DNA of 46,822 bases, from positions 1 to 46,822 of the forward strand of contig NW_021831657.1 of the NCBI RefSeq assembly GCF_006345805.1, read 5' to 3'. How positions within the stretch are numbered: position 1 is the first letter of the stretch; each line of letters starts with the position of its first letter. Below, in pieces: positions 24,921 through 39,359 of the stretch. Source of the stretch: Octopus sinensis. Its lineage: Eukaryota. The notes under the pieces were generated by a model. It was not told where the DNA came from and made no database searches. It saw only the letters and a program-made list of their open reading frames with translations. Position numbers and translations under genes: made by a program.

Positions 24921-25686
24921 CTTCAGGCATAAAGTGCAATTTAAAATAATTTACAAAATTGTAAGATTTGTAAAATACCTAAGAATCGTTATATTTCTCC
25001 ACGCAGATGCACACACATAACTTCTTATACCCTCAAGTTTATCCTTTTAGCCATAAGACTAAAACATCTACCTTCCGCCCAATATCTGCGTCTTTACGAC
25101 CACGAGACATTATTGAGACAACAACAAGCCCCTTCTTAATTTACAGCCAATGGAGCCCACGGGGAAGTGTTCTGGTGTTTCAAATAGAACTTTATTAATT
25201 CGCCTATGTTCCCCAATAATCTCTGCTGAGCTTCCCCTTTGTTGTATCTTTATGATAAAGGTAATTTGTGAACACCTTGTATCAACATGGGAAAAAAGGA
25301 CTCAGTGGATAACATAGCCCGCGATTTAGTACCGGAATATAAATTGCGAAGGTCATAACGCAGGAATTTCTTCATATGTGCTGGATCAAGTCTAACTTGA
25401 AGCAAGGCAACAACAAAAACAATCATGTATTGAATCAATAAGTATTGGGATAAAGCGATATTTAGTTTAGTTGATTCTCTACGAAACTGACATAAAGGAA
25501 TTGCAATGTTAAATAATAATCTATGTCAGTTGTATTGGAAATTCTGACTATTTTCAAGACCTTTCTGGTGTTTGCGAAAACAAGGTATTACGGTGGTAGA
25601 GAGATTGTTATATACATGGATGTATACGATATACATGCGTGCATACATATATTTATGTATATAGGACATATAAATATATGTATGTA

Positions 25687-25721
<35 letters not shown>

Positions 25722-26401
25722 TATATATATATATCTATATATAATATATATATATATATATATTATATATAATATATATATTATAAATAATATACATATA
25801 TATACATATATACATACATCAGACATATTCAGATAGATAGATAAATAGATAGATTGATAGACAGATAGATATAGATAGATTAGTAAGTGGTTATGCAGAG
25901 ATGTTAAGAGAAATGATAGATAAAGTAGATACGAGTATATATATATGTATATCTTATATATATATATATATATTATGCACATATATATTTCAAGAAGTCA
26001 GGCAGAGTTAGAAATACATATCGAGGTTATGACATATGTGTAGCCATTTGCATTATGTATGTGCATATATGTATGTATGTATGTATGTATATATATATAT
26101 ATAATAAATACATATACATATATATATACATATACATATATATATATACATATATATATATATACATATATATATGCATGTATATATATGTGAGTATGCA
26201 TGTATGTCTGCGTACTTAGATACAAGAATAAAGTGTTACACAAATAAGATATATTCATTCATATATGTTCGTGTATATATATACATATATATATATATAT
26301 AAATATATGTGTATATATATATATTTATATATGAAATAATGCACACATGAGTGTACATATATATTACATATTTGTACATATATATGCACATATATATATA
26401 T

Positions 26402-26444
<43 letters not shown>

Positions 26445-26827
26445 ATGCATATGTGTGTGTGTGTATGTAAATAGATAGATGTAAATCAATATATATACCC
26501 GCATACATAGGTGTACACATGATATGTAGATGCCCGTTCATACATACACCCTCGCAAAGATGTACGTACTTATGGCAAGAAATAATCTCCAACAGACACA
26601 CAGACACGCACACACACACACACATACATAAACACACCCTTTCAAACACCCATACACATGCGAACTCGATTTGGGAAGGAAGGGCAAGTTCTAAGTTCTG
26701 TAAACAAAAATGTTGAAGAATTCCCATGTTTCCATTATTACATTTACCAAAGTTTCCAGCAGAATAGCAAAGTTCCCCTGAGTGATAACCTTATGGGAAA
26801 ATTCATCATGGATGGCACTGAGGAGCA

Positions 26828-26941
26828 GAAGAAGAAGAGAAGAAGAAGAAGAAGAAGAAGAAGAAGAAGAAGAAGAAGAAGAAGAAGAAGAAGAAGAAGA
26901 AGAAGAAGAAGAAGACGGAGTTGATGATGATGATGATGATG

Positions 26942-26972
<31 letters not shown>

Positions 26973-27236
26973 GGTGGTGGTGGTGGAGGTGGTGGTGGTG
27001 GTGGTGGTGGTGGGGGTGGTGGTGGGGTGAGCAGGAAGAAGAGTTATGAGGAAGAGCAGGAAAGAGAAAGAGAAACAGGAAGGAGAAGAAAAAAAGAAGA
27101 AGAAGAAGAAGAAGAAGAACAACAACAACAACAACGGCAACAACAACAACAACAAGAAAACGAAAATGGCGACGATGTCGACATCGCGAACAACTATAAC
27201 GACGACTACGACGACGACGACGACGACGACCACGAA
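26828..27236. repeat. Compound trinucleotide array (AGA)n(GAT)n(GGT)n..(AGA)n(AAC)n(GAC)n
   Basis: Read directly. Confidence 0.95.
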
Positions 27237-27540
27237 GACAAGAAGCAATAAGGAATTCTGTAAATGGAAAAGCATTAGGAAAACAAAAAGAAAAACGGAA
27301 AAGAAAAGAAAACAGACAAAAGAAAAAGATATAGGTCATTATTTTTTCCTGACCACTTATAAAGGGATATAGAACCATACTCGCAAGTGAGGTCATATCG
27401 GTTTATGATGAAATATAAAGGCTTAAGCGAGATCTCTGTTTCGTTCTTAACATTTCTGCATCTCTCATCTGCCTCCCTCTAATCTATATATTTGTGTATA
27501 TACAAACCCACACACACACACACACACACACAATACATAT

Positions 27541-27579
<39 letters not shown>

Positions 27580-27694
27580 CATACATACATACATACATAC
27601 ATACATACAATTATACATATATATATATATAATTTATCTATTTCTATATATAATGTATATATAATTCATTTGCCTATATTTATATACATACATA

Positions 27695-27776
<82 letters not shown>

Positions 27777-27794
27777 GTACATATGTATATAATA

Positions 27795-27843
<49 letters not shown>

Positions 27844-28171
27844 ATATATATATTTATATATAAATATATATATATGCATGTATACAGTTTTATCTATATA
27901 ACCTGCGTACTTTACATATCACATCTATCTGTCTGTTAGATGATGCCTACTTAACGTTGCTGGAAATACGTTTCCAAATAGAAAACAGCTGCCAACCGAT
28001 GCTAGACAAAACTAATGGATCGCTCTGATGTAAATACTTTAGGTCGTCGGTCGCTGTTGCGTAGTGCGGTGGCGGTGGTTATCTGTATATGGGATAGAGA
28101 GAGATATATTTGCGTATATACCTACTATATATATATATATAATATATATATACATATATATACTATATATA

Positions 28172-28256
<85 letters not shown>

Positions 28257-28369
28257 TATATGTATATAGATAATATATATACACATATGCATATATAGGC
28301 ATACGTGCATACATATTTAAAATTTATATCAAGCTCTCTCCCATCTCTCTCTATCTCTCTGCTGTACAT

Positions 28370-28578
<209 letters not shown>

Positions 28579-28953
28579 GTGGTGGAATGCCCATTATTCA
28601 TCGAAAAATCAAGTCAAAGAATCTGAACAAATTTGATAAATACGATATGTGAAAACGAACTAAAAGCTTACCTGATCAACACCACATAAAGTGCTGTTGA
28701 TATCATACCAACAGTTTCATGCAAACGTTTTGCAATTATTCGATCGTAGCTTTAATGATAATGGCAATCCTGATATCTTCATAAACGAGAGTGCGGCACG
28801 AGATCTCATTTGATCACAAACGATAAGTAGACAAAAGGGCTGGGTAAGCAAATGAAGAGAAGCAACCATTCGGAGAGATTGTGGAGTTGATTTTCTCCTT
28901 TGTAATTGTACTGTGAAGGGCCCATAGCGGTGGAGACTCTTACATAATAAATC

Positions 28954-29362
28954 TTTATCTCTTACTTGTTTCAGTCATTAGATGTGGCCATGCTGCGGCA
29001 CCATCTTGAAGAAATTTTAATCGAATGAATTGACCCCAGTACATTATTTTTCTTTTCAGCCTGGTATTTATTCCATCAGTGTTTTTTGCCGAGCCGCTAA
29101 GTTTTTGGGACATAAATATGCCCTCATCGGTTGTCAAACAGTAGTGGGGGACAAACACAAACACAAAGACACATACACACATATAGATATATAAATACAT
29201 ACACACGACGGGGTTCTTTCAGTTTCCGTCTACCGAAACCACTCACAAGCCGTTGGTCGGTCCAAGGCTATACCAGAAGACACTTGCCCAAGGTACCACG
29301 AATAGGACGTAAGCCGGAACCATGTGACTGGAAGCAAGTTTCTTACCACGTAGCTACACAGT
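28954..29362 (-). mobile_element. SINE family S1, diverged
   Basis: Reverse complement of S1. Confidence 0.8.
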
Positions 29363-29539
29363 AACACCTTCGCTATTTATACAATTAATAATTGATACAC
29401 CTCTTAAGTGTTTGTACTGATATATACACACAGACATAGATACATACACAATGGCTGTCTACTCTATTTCATTAAATTTGTCATAAAGATTAGGTGGCTT
29501 TGCGGGCAAGACAAGACATTAATGAAATGAATGATAATG

Positions 29540-29696
29540 AGTGGCTGTGTGGTAAGTAGCTTGTTTACCAACCACATGGTTCCGGGTTCAGTCCCACTGC
29601 GTGGCACCTTAGGCAATTGTCTTCTACTATAGCTTCGGGCCGACCAAAGCCTTGTGAGTGGATTTGGTAGATGGAAACTGAAAGAAGCCCGTCGTA

Positions 29697-29727
<31 letters not shown>

Positions 29728-29743
29728 CTATATATTTAATATA

Positions 29744-29784
<41 letters not shown>

Positions 29785-30000
29785 TGTGTGTGGTTGTATG
29801 TCTCTGTTTGTCCGCCTAGCATTGCTTGATAACCGATGCTGTTGTGTTTATGTCCCCATCACTTAGCGGTTCGGCAAAAGAGACCGATAGAATAAGTACT
29901 GGGCTTACAAAGAATAAGTCCCGGGGTCGAGTTGCTCGATTAAAGGCGGTGCACCAGCATGGCCGCAGTCAAAATGACTGAAACAAGTAAAAAGAGAAAA
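29540..30000 (+). mobile_element. SINE family S1
   Basis: Matches 1049-1430. Confidence 0.85.
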
Positions 30001-30455
30001 ATAGAAAGATACAAGGATGATAAGGATGAGAGAATACAGAAAGCGCCCGCCGACCCTCTGCTTCTCTATTACATTGTTCTTTAACAAATCAGTACATGAG
30101 GCAATGAACCGCTTACAAAAATGACAACAACGTACAAATATAAAATTTACATATATTAAGCCCATTCCTCTTCGCCCCCGACCAGGCAGTGAGCTGCCCG
30201 TGGCTGTCTACTCGTTAGATGCGTAAGACCATTACTGCCAAAGTGTTTTTTTTTTGTTATTTTCCGTCTTTTTCAGTGGTCATGATGCCTACAATGGCTT
30301 TTAAAGTCAGCAAGTGTCTTGTATTTTTGTTGTAGATGCGTCATCTTCTCCTCATGTGTTGCAGTTGGCTGTGCTTCGGTATAATGCATCGTATAACGCT
30401 ATACTGCATCGTGTGAGTTTCTGTATGCAGTTTGTATGCATATACATATACATGG

Positions 30456-30490
<35 letters not shown>

Positions 30491-30929
30491 AATTTCTTCA
30501 ATTTCTTGGGTTGACTCTCGTCACAAACATCTAAAAAATATATTTCATGTGTTTATCTCAATAGAACAGTTAGCTGTACCAATTGTTTTATGAAATTGTT
30601 TTCACGGTTAGAAAATGTGAAAAATGCATCATATTGCTGGAATATCTCTTATTGAAATTGGCAACATTTATGTGGGGGATGGGCATGGCACTGACCAAGT
30701 CTTTCAAGCAGTTCATCTGGGTAAGCTGGTCTTTCGCACGCTGACCCCCATTCGACCCTTGGCTATCACTGACCTCCTGTAATTCCTCGCCGATACCTAG
30801 GGGGTCTGTGGGATCCCCATTCGCGACGCCTGGTGTAGTGTAATCCATTATGATGTCACGTGCTACATGATTCCTGTCACTCTTAATCTTAGTTTCATTT
30901 CCTCCCCTACAGTTCGGGCACCAAGACGT

Positions 30930-31830
30930 CTCCAATGATCCTGGCTTTGAGTATAGTCGTCTGCATCCTTCCAGGTGATGCTAAGTTCCTTCAGATCTTA
31001 TTTTATTGTGGTGTACCATGTCTTCTAGGGTCTCCCTCTTCGTTCTTGGTAGACCCATTGTATATTTATCTTGTGTATTCGTTCTTTTGGCAGTCGGGAA
31101 AAAAGATTTGCAGGTCTCATTCTTTTTTTCCACCACAATCTCCTACAAACTGTACGGATCTTCTCTTTTCAAGACTTCGTGATTCTACCTCTGGACGTGA
31201 CCTTAAGTATTCTGTAAGGACATCGTTGGTGGAATGCATTGACAGTCATTTTCCAGGTTTCTCCCGTGTAGACTGTTGTTAGCAAAATAACGATCTAGTA
31301 GAACAAGATCTTCATACGGTCGTTAATCAAAGTTCTGGTCCAGATCTTGTTCGTTCCTCTGAACACTGCTGCTGCATGCTCGATTCTAGAACTGACATCC
31401 ACTTCAGTATCCTTCTCGGTAACAATAATACCGTATAGGCAACCATTTATTTATTTCTGTCCAAAGTAACAATCAAAGAGACAGCCATTGCAACTTCTTC
31501 CAACTTTGGTGGTTCTGCGAGTGCTGCCTTCTTAGGTAATCCAGGGATGAGATTGAGAACATCCTCACTAACTACAGACTGCTGATTCAAAGTTCATCAA
31601 AGTGTTCTTGCCACCTTCGCAGAATTCCTTGTGAATCACGAAGAAGTTCTTTACCATCCCTGCTTCGGAGTGGTGTCATCAGGGAAGACGTCGGTCCATA
31701 AACTTCTCGCAAGAGACCATACAACAGCTTTGTGTTATTGGAATCTGATGCCGCCTGTATCTCATCAGCCTTCTTACTCCACCACGTATCCCTCATCTCT
31801 GAGAGCCTTTGCCTCACACGTGATTTATAA
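30930..31830 (-). mobile_element. RTE-clade LINE fragments
   Basis: WWSKKADEIQAASDSNNTKLLYGLLREVYGPT..LRSRDGKELL..ILRRWQEHFDEL (EN-RT linker) plus a C-terminal piece near 30930-31440. Confidence 0.8.
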
Positions 31831-31849
31831 TGTTTTAATATATGTTTGA

Positions 31850-32440
31850 TAAAGGCGACGAGCTGGCAGAAACGTTAGCACGCCGGGCGAAATGCTTAGC
31901 GGTATTTCGTCTGCCGTTACTTTCTGAGTTCAAATTCCGCCGAGGTCGACTTTGCCTTTCATCCTTTCGGGGTCGATAAATTACGTACCAGTTACGCACT
32001 GGAGTCGATGTAATCGACTTAATCCGTTTGTCTGTCCTTGTTTGTTCCCTCTTTGTTTAGCCCCTTGTGGGCAATAAAGAAATAGATATTTCGTCTGCTG
32101 TTACGTTCTGAGTTCAAATTCCGCCGAATCGACTTTGCCTTTCATCTTTTCGGGGTCAACTAAATAAGTACCGGTTACGCACTGGGATTGATATAATCGA
32201 CTTAATCCATTTGTCTGTCCTTGTTTGTCCTCTCTGTGTTTAGCCCCTTGTGGGTAGTAAAGAAATAGGTATTTCGTCTGCCGTTACGTTCTTAGTTCAG
32301 ATGCAGCTGAGGAGTCCGACTTCGCTTTTCATCCTTTCAAAGTCGATAAAATAATTACCAGTTGAGCACTGCGGTCGATGTAATCGATTTAGTCCCTTCT
32401 CAAAACTGCTGGTCTTGTGCCAAAGTTTGGAACCAATAGA
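31850..32440 (+). mobile_element. S3 SINE with tandemly iterated ~184 bp body
   Basis: TATTTCGTCTG unit starts at 31903, 32087 and 32270. Confidence 0.9.
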
Positions 32441-32655
32441 GTATATTCCAAATGGAGCAGTGGTTTAATGAAACTATAGAGAAACAGATTAATTTGTCGT
32501 TAATCTTTTCAAAGTTGATAAAATAAGTAATCGAACTAACAGCAATCTAAGGAGTGATCTAGTGACACTGAGTCTGCGACAAAAATCAATGGCTTTTATA
32601 AGAAGAATTTAAGTAGCTTAACCGAGCGTACATCAATATATATATATATATATAT

Positions 32656-33372
<717 letters not shown>

Positions 33373-33599
33373 TATACATATATATATACATATACACATA
33401 TGCATGTATCAGATACGAGGCAAAATTAGGTGAACAGTTGCTTAATTGGTCGACTACGTGAGTAAATACACAAGGGAGGCCATCAGTCTGAGCACTTAAG
33501 AGACTGAAATAGCACGTTAAAGAACATAGAATCCTCACCCTAAAAACGAAATGGACAAATGAAAAGAACATTCCACCTCGTATCGGTTTTTAACTTTTG

Positions 33600-33790
33600 A
33601 CACAAGACCAGCAATTCAGAGGTGAGGGTAGGTCAATTACACCGACACCAGTACGCAACTGATAACTTATTTTATCGAACCCGAAAGGGTGAAAGGCAGA
33701 TTCGATCTCGGTGGAATTTTAACTCAGAAGGTACAGACGGACGAAGTGCCGCTAAGCATTTTGCGCGGCATGTTAACCATTTTGCCAGCT
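33600..33790 (-). mobile_element. S3-related SINE, diverged
   Basis: Reverse complement of the S3 head and central domain. Confidence 0.65.
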
Positions 33791-33994
33791 CTTCACCTTA
33801 CATTTCATTCATATTAAACTGCACGCCTACTTTTGCCCACCCCTGTATAAACACATACACACACACACATACAAACACACTCACTCACACTCGCACACAT
33901 ACACACACACATATATATGTGTGTGTGTGTATGTATGTATGTATTATCATAAGGGAGTGCGCGTATGTGTATGTGCGTGAGTTTGAGATTTGTG

Positions 33995-34215
33995 TGGCTT
34001 AGTGGGTAGAATGTTACATTCATGATCGTAAGATTGTGGTTTCGATCCCCAGACAGTGATATGTGTTGTGTTCTTCAGCGAAACACTTCACTGCACATTT
34101 CTCCCTTCCACTCAGTCGCCAAAAAAGCGAAACCCTGTGACAAACGTCCTGTCAATGTGGGAAGTACGTTCACCTCAGAATCCGTAGAACCGGCATTTTG
34201 AGCCTATGGGTCGGG
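33995..34215 (+). mobile_element. S4-type SINE, diverged
   Basis: GTGGCTTAGTGGGTAGAATG..GGTTTCGATCCC head. Confidence 0.6.
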
Positions 34216-34294
34216 AAGACCTAGTGTGTGCATAGATATATATGTTTGTGCGTGTGTGTTTATGTATATGTCTGAAGGGGCAAAAAGGATAAAG

Positions 34295-34621
34295 ATCCCC
34301 TTCGGTCATGAATGATCATAGGATTGTACCCCCTCCCCCAGGAACAAGTCCGGGGAAGGTTGTTTATGGAAGACCAGCAATCACCCATGCATACCAGTCT
34401 CCCCCTCCACACCACTTATCTTGTCGAAGGGAAAAGCAAAGGGGCCAATACAACTTGGCACCAGTGACGTCACAACTCATTTCAACTGTTGAGTGAACTG
34501 GGGCAACGTGAAATAAAGTGACTTGCTCAAGAACACAATACGATCCGGGAATCGATCCGGAAATCGAACTCACTCCCTCATAACTGTGACCCCGACGCTC
34601 TAACCACTAAGCCATGCGCTT

Positions 34622-34625
<4 letters not shown>
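34295..34625 (-). mobile_element. tRNA-derived SINE (S4-like head, distinct tail)
   Basis: Minus strand GCGCATGGCTTAGTGGTTAGAGCGTCGGGG..GAGTTCGATTTCC..CTTGAGCAAGTCACTTT. Confidence 0.75.
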
Positions 34626-34692
<67 letters not shown>

Positions 34693-34721
34693 GCCATGAT
34701 AGATCGCTAGCCACTAGACAT

Positions 34722-34890
34722 TCTTTATTTTCTCTCTTTGTTTTCAGTTCCCGTCTATCAAATCCACTCACAAGGCTTTGGTCGGCCCGAGGCAATAGTA
34801 GAAGACACTTGCCCCAGGTGCCACGCAGTGGGACTGAACCCGGAACCATGTGGTTGGTAAGCAAGCTACTTACCACACAGCCACTCCTAC
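34722..34890 (-). mobile_element. S1 SINE 5' half
   Basis: Reverse complement of the S1 head. Confidence 0.85.
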
Positions 34891-35062
34891 GCCTCATGCG
34901 AAGATTCACCAAAACAATATTGTCACACCTTGCCACATCTATACAAAAGAGTGTAAGTCTGAAGCAAGACAGAAAAGCCACGTTTGTGTTGGTTATGTCT
35001 TTGAGAGAAAGCAAGCGATGGCATTACTCGAAATTAAGTTGCTGCCATCATGTGGCGAGGGG

Positions 35063-35400
35063 AAGGCACATGGCTTAGTGGTTTGCGTATTCGGCTCACA
35101 ATCGTAAAGTTATGAGTTCGATACCGTGCGGCGTGTTGCCTCCTTGAGCAAGACACTTTTTTTTATATTGCTCCAGTCCACTCGGATAGCGAGAATGATC
35201 AATAGCTATATTTTAAAAAGTCAGCCTTGTCGCATTCTGTATCACACTGAATCTCCCTGAGAACTACGTTAAGGGTACACGGGTGAGTGTCGTCTGTGTG
35301 TGGAGTGCTCAGCCACTCGCACGTTAATTTCACGAGCAGGCTGTTCTGCTGATCGGATTGACTGGAGCACTTGCCGTCGTAAGCGACGGAGTGCCAGGAG
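35063..35400 (+). mobile_element. SINE with S4-like head and S2-like tail
   Basis: Tail GAGAACTACGTTAAGGGTACAC..CGTCGTAAGCGACGGAGTGC shared with S2. Confidence 0.75.
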
Positions 35401-35515
35401 TTATGCAAAGAGGGAATCGGAGAAAGAGAGTACTTCAGTATGAAGAACATTCCTGAATTTCTACAGATCAAGAACATTATCAACATTAACAAGCCTAGTC
35501 TCTCTCTGTCTCTCT

Positions 35516-35553
<38 letters not shown>

Positions 35554-37049
35554 CTCACACATACACACGCACGCAGACGCACACACACGCACATACACAC
35601 AAAAAACGAACATTATGAATTCTCATTGTTTTCAGAAAACCCATCAAGCTTGAAAATTATGGCATATCAAAGCCAGTGCATACTATAAATTCCAACGTAT
35701 TCGTGAGAACCAAATTTTTCAATTCTGACTGTACTGAAATTTATCAAACTGTTCAGAATTTGATACAGTCACAGTTATAAACCATTATCAATTCTATCAG
35801 GTGCGCGTTCATCAAGATTGGAAAATTTTGACACATCAAAGATTTTGAAAAAGATCAATTCCATAAGGTAGCGATGTCGCGAGAGTTATCAATTCTGTCT
35901 GTTACGGACAATTGAAAATTGAATTTTCCTAACATATCCATGATCGGTGAGAAAAATTATCAATTCTGACAGATCCGCAACTAATCAAAAACAGAGAATT
36001 CCAATACTTCAAAGATTGCGAAAGTTATCAAATTCTAAGAGGTCAGAAGTCAACGATATTATCAATTCTCGCTCGTGCTGACTGGTAAGAAATAAAAAAA
36101 GAAGAAAAAAATATCGTTTAATTTTATTTCGTTCAGTTTATGTTTTTTTTTGTTATTTTTTGTGTTGTTTTCTTCTTAATTATTACGCGACCACTATGAT
36201 TAAGAAAAATTATCCATTCTGAAATGTCGACTGTTAATATCGAAATAATAACAACGATTCATATAATTCTAATAATTAACAAGAATTAACATATATCAGA
36301 CCGCCGGCGAAATTATGAATTTTAACGGGTCTAGACGCTTGAAAACTCGCCATTTTAACTGGTTGGTTCTTTCACAAATCTAACCATTTGCTGGTATTTC
36401 ATTAACGATATACGGTGAATTGCTAATTAGTTAATTAATAAGAATCGACAAGATACATGAATCAACAACAGCAGCAACAACAACAACAGCTGCAACAATA
36501 ACAACAATTGCTATGAGACATAAATGTCTGCCAACCTCTCAGACTTCATAATATTCATCTTTGTCCATATGACAAAATTTCAATATATTATGACTGCTCA
36601 TAACACGTTAGAATTGGTAATTCTTATAATCACTATAACATGAGTATTTTCAAACTGTTTGACCCTGACCTATCACAAAATATTTAGATAGCAATAGACT
36701 TGTTAAAATTCAGAATTTTTTTTTTTTTTTAAGATTTCCACTATAACAGAATCTCAATTTTTTTTGTCTTTTCTTTAATACAACCACAGCAGCGTAATCA
36801 GAATTGCTAATTTTTATAACTATAATTATATTAGAATTTTCATATTTCATGAGCACGAATCTGCAAGAAATAATTATTTATCTGACCACAAACTTGCCAG
36901 AATGCATAATTTTCAGCTTTTATCGATGTCTCAAAATAATCAATTTTTTTTAATCATCGCGGATATGTCAGAATCGCTTCATATTTCTCCATCGTTATTG
37001 CAGCTGTTGTTATTATTGTTGTCGGTGGTGTTGTTGCTAAGGTACCGAG

Positions 37050-37610
37050 CTAGCAGAATCCTTAGCTCCCTGGACAAAATGCGTAGCGGCATTTCATCCA
37101 TCTTCACGTTCTGATTTTCCCTTTCATCCTTTCGGTGACTTTGCCTTTCATCCTTTCGGTGACTTAACTTTTCATCCTTTCTGGGTCGATGAAATGAGTA
37201 CCAGTTGAGCTATGGCTTTGATGAAATCGACCGGAACACGCTCCCAAAATGTCAGGCTTTGTAACTATGGTAGAAAGAATTATTATTAGAGTAGTTTTAG
37301 CCCCCAAGTTGTCACATTAAGCAGATCTCTAATCAAGGAAATCTCAACCATCACCACCCTAGATGCGCCATATTAGATGTTACCCGTATTAAAGTTGTGG
37401 GATGTGTAGTTTAGCTCCTTCTTGTATCTTTTACTTGTTTCAGTCATTAGACTGCGTCCATGCTGGGGCACCGCCTTGGAGAACTTTTAGTCGAATGAAT
37501 CATCCCGAGTACTTGTTTTTTGTTTGTTTTTCATTTAAGCCTGGTAGTTATTCAATTGGTTTCTTTTGCCGGACGGCTAAGTTACGGGATCGTAAGCACA
37601 CCAACACCAG
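37050..37610. mobile_element. SINE remnants: S3 (+, 37050-37290) and S1 3' half (-, 37428-37610)
   Basis: Domain matches to other copies in the window. Confidence 0.65.
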
Positions 37611-38155
37611 AGTAACTTGTGTTTTATGAAAGGAAAGTTTCCTCTGACTCAGAACATATGAAACAACGGCTAATTAAAGATCTGAAGATAAACATGGACG
37701 TTTAGAAGAAACTCGAAGAACTGCTTAGGAAAGGCAAAGAGTGGAATCGAAACAGCAAAACGTGAAGCAAAGTATCTGAAAGTATTTCGGCCCTGTACTC
37801 AGTCTTCCATTCTAACTTTTGGTCCCTATTTATATTGGTAACAGCCATAATTAATAGTGGTATATGGCTTTTGCTGTCAGAGTGTGATATCAGGATGAAC
37901 TAACTGTGGCATAAATATAGCAACATCAGAGTGCTACTATACATAATATGCCTTCGGACTGACTTAATCTCCGTTTCATAGTGTGGAATGTTATTAGTTC
38001 TGGGACCAAATTATAACGAGATTATATCATAATGTTTGCATGAACGGAAATATTATAGAGAAAATTTACTATCTTTGGAGGTTGAGCTCACGCTCAGCTA
38101 GCACAATCGAAGTGAAGGTATATATATGTATGCTTATCCTATATATATGCGTGAG

Positions 38156-38189
<34 letters not shown>

Positions 38190-38197
<8 letters not shown>

Positions 38198-38300
38198 TTT
38201 GTGTGTGCATGCAATCAAGTCATGCTCGCTTGTGAGTGACGGCTGTAGATACACACACATACATATCTACATATACATGCACGTACAAACATACATATGA

Positions 38301-38341
<41 letters not shown>

Positions 38342-38490
38342 CGTGCATATATATATATGTGTGTGTGTGTGTGTTGTGTGTTTGTTTGTGTGTGCATGCA
38401 ATCAAGTCATGCTCGCTTGTGAGTGACGGCTGTAGATACACACACATACATATCTACATATACATGCACGTACAAACATACATATGAATA

Positions 38491-38524
<34 letters not shown>

Positions 38525-38529
38525 CGTGC

Positions 38530-38560
<31 letters not shown>
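38190..38560. repeat. Tandem duplication, ~188 bp unit x2
   Basis: GCATGCAATCAAGTCATGCTCGCTTGTGAGTGACGGCTGTAGATACAC at ~38207 and ~38395. Confidence 0.95.
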
Positions 38561-38563
<3 letters not shown>

Positions 38564-38681
38564 ATAGGGTATCTAAGAGATATAATTTTAATAATAATTA
38601 TTACCTTTGAAGGTTTTATTCCCATGCTGGACACTTGATAAGATCGATATTTAAATAACGATCTTATCCTTATTTATATAA

Positions 38682-38722
<41 letters not shown>

Positions 38723-38769
38723 ACCCATACTTAAATGTGTATGTATGCGTGCATGCATGCTTGTGTATA

Positions 38770-38825
<56 letters not shown>

Positions 38826-39067
38826 AATATATATATATATATACATATATATATACATATATACATATATATATATATGTTTAAGTAGTTGAATGAATTA
38901 TCCTAGTAGGGATAATTCGGTTAACCGATACCCGGGTAGCAAATTTACGTCAGAAAGCACGGTTGAAGCTACATGCCAAGGGCAGAGATCACGTGCTTTC
39001 GTGCGGAAATTTGTGTGTTTTTTTACTATAGATAAAGGAAAGAATGGAGTCAAACGACAATTTAACA

Positions 39068-39172
39068 AAATTCCTTTATTCTCGACATATGTTTCGAAGA
39101 CTGCATATTCTTAATTCCGAAGAAATAAAGGGTGCATTATGCCGTCTTCTCATCAGGAAAGACAAGGAACTT
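39068..39172 (-). ncRNA. Type I HHR, mirror copy in left arm
   Basis: Reverse complement of 39255-39359. Confidence 0.8.
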
Positions 39173-39254
39173 ATGTCAGCATCATGACGAATAATCACTA
39201 TGGACTCCGTGTGGGCAGTCATCTAAAAGATTTTGTTCGTCATGATGCTGACAT

Positions 39255-39359
39255 AAGTTCCTTGTCTTTCCTGATGAGAAGACGGCATAATGCACCCTTT
39301 ATTCCTTCGGAATTAAGAATATGCAGTCTTCGAAACATATGTCGAGAATAAAGGAATTT
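39255..39359 (+). ncRNA. Type I HHR, canonical core, long stem II
   Basis: Stem I 4 bp + 3x3 loop + 9 bp; CUGAUGA; stem II GAAGAC/GUCUUC extended by GCAUA/UAUGC; GAA; palindromic ACAUAUGU; GUC cleavage after 39343. Confidence 0.88.

Noticed and set aside
25020-25440. Repeat-free patch with short ORFs
   Set aside because: No motif, splice pair or structure that I could support.
26691-27396. Long homopolymeric ORFs, and the many IY, HT, LSIY and poly-I ORFs across the track
   Set aside because: All are translations of simple repeats or SINEs.
30588-30935. 115 aa ORF METSWCPNCRGG..
   Set aside because: It begins in the RTE 3' end in an alternative frame and has no identifiable domain.
38895-38945. 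Small palindrome cluster (GAATTATCC/GGATAATTC, CGGTTAACCG)
   Set aside because: Short and AT-rich, with no matching element end; plausibly chance.
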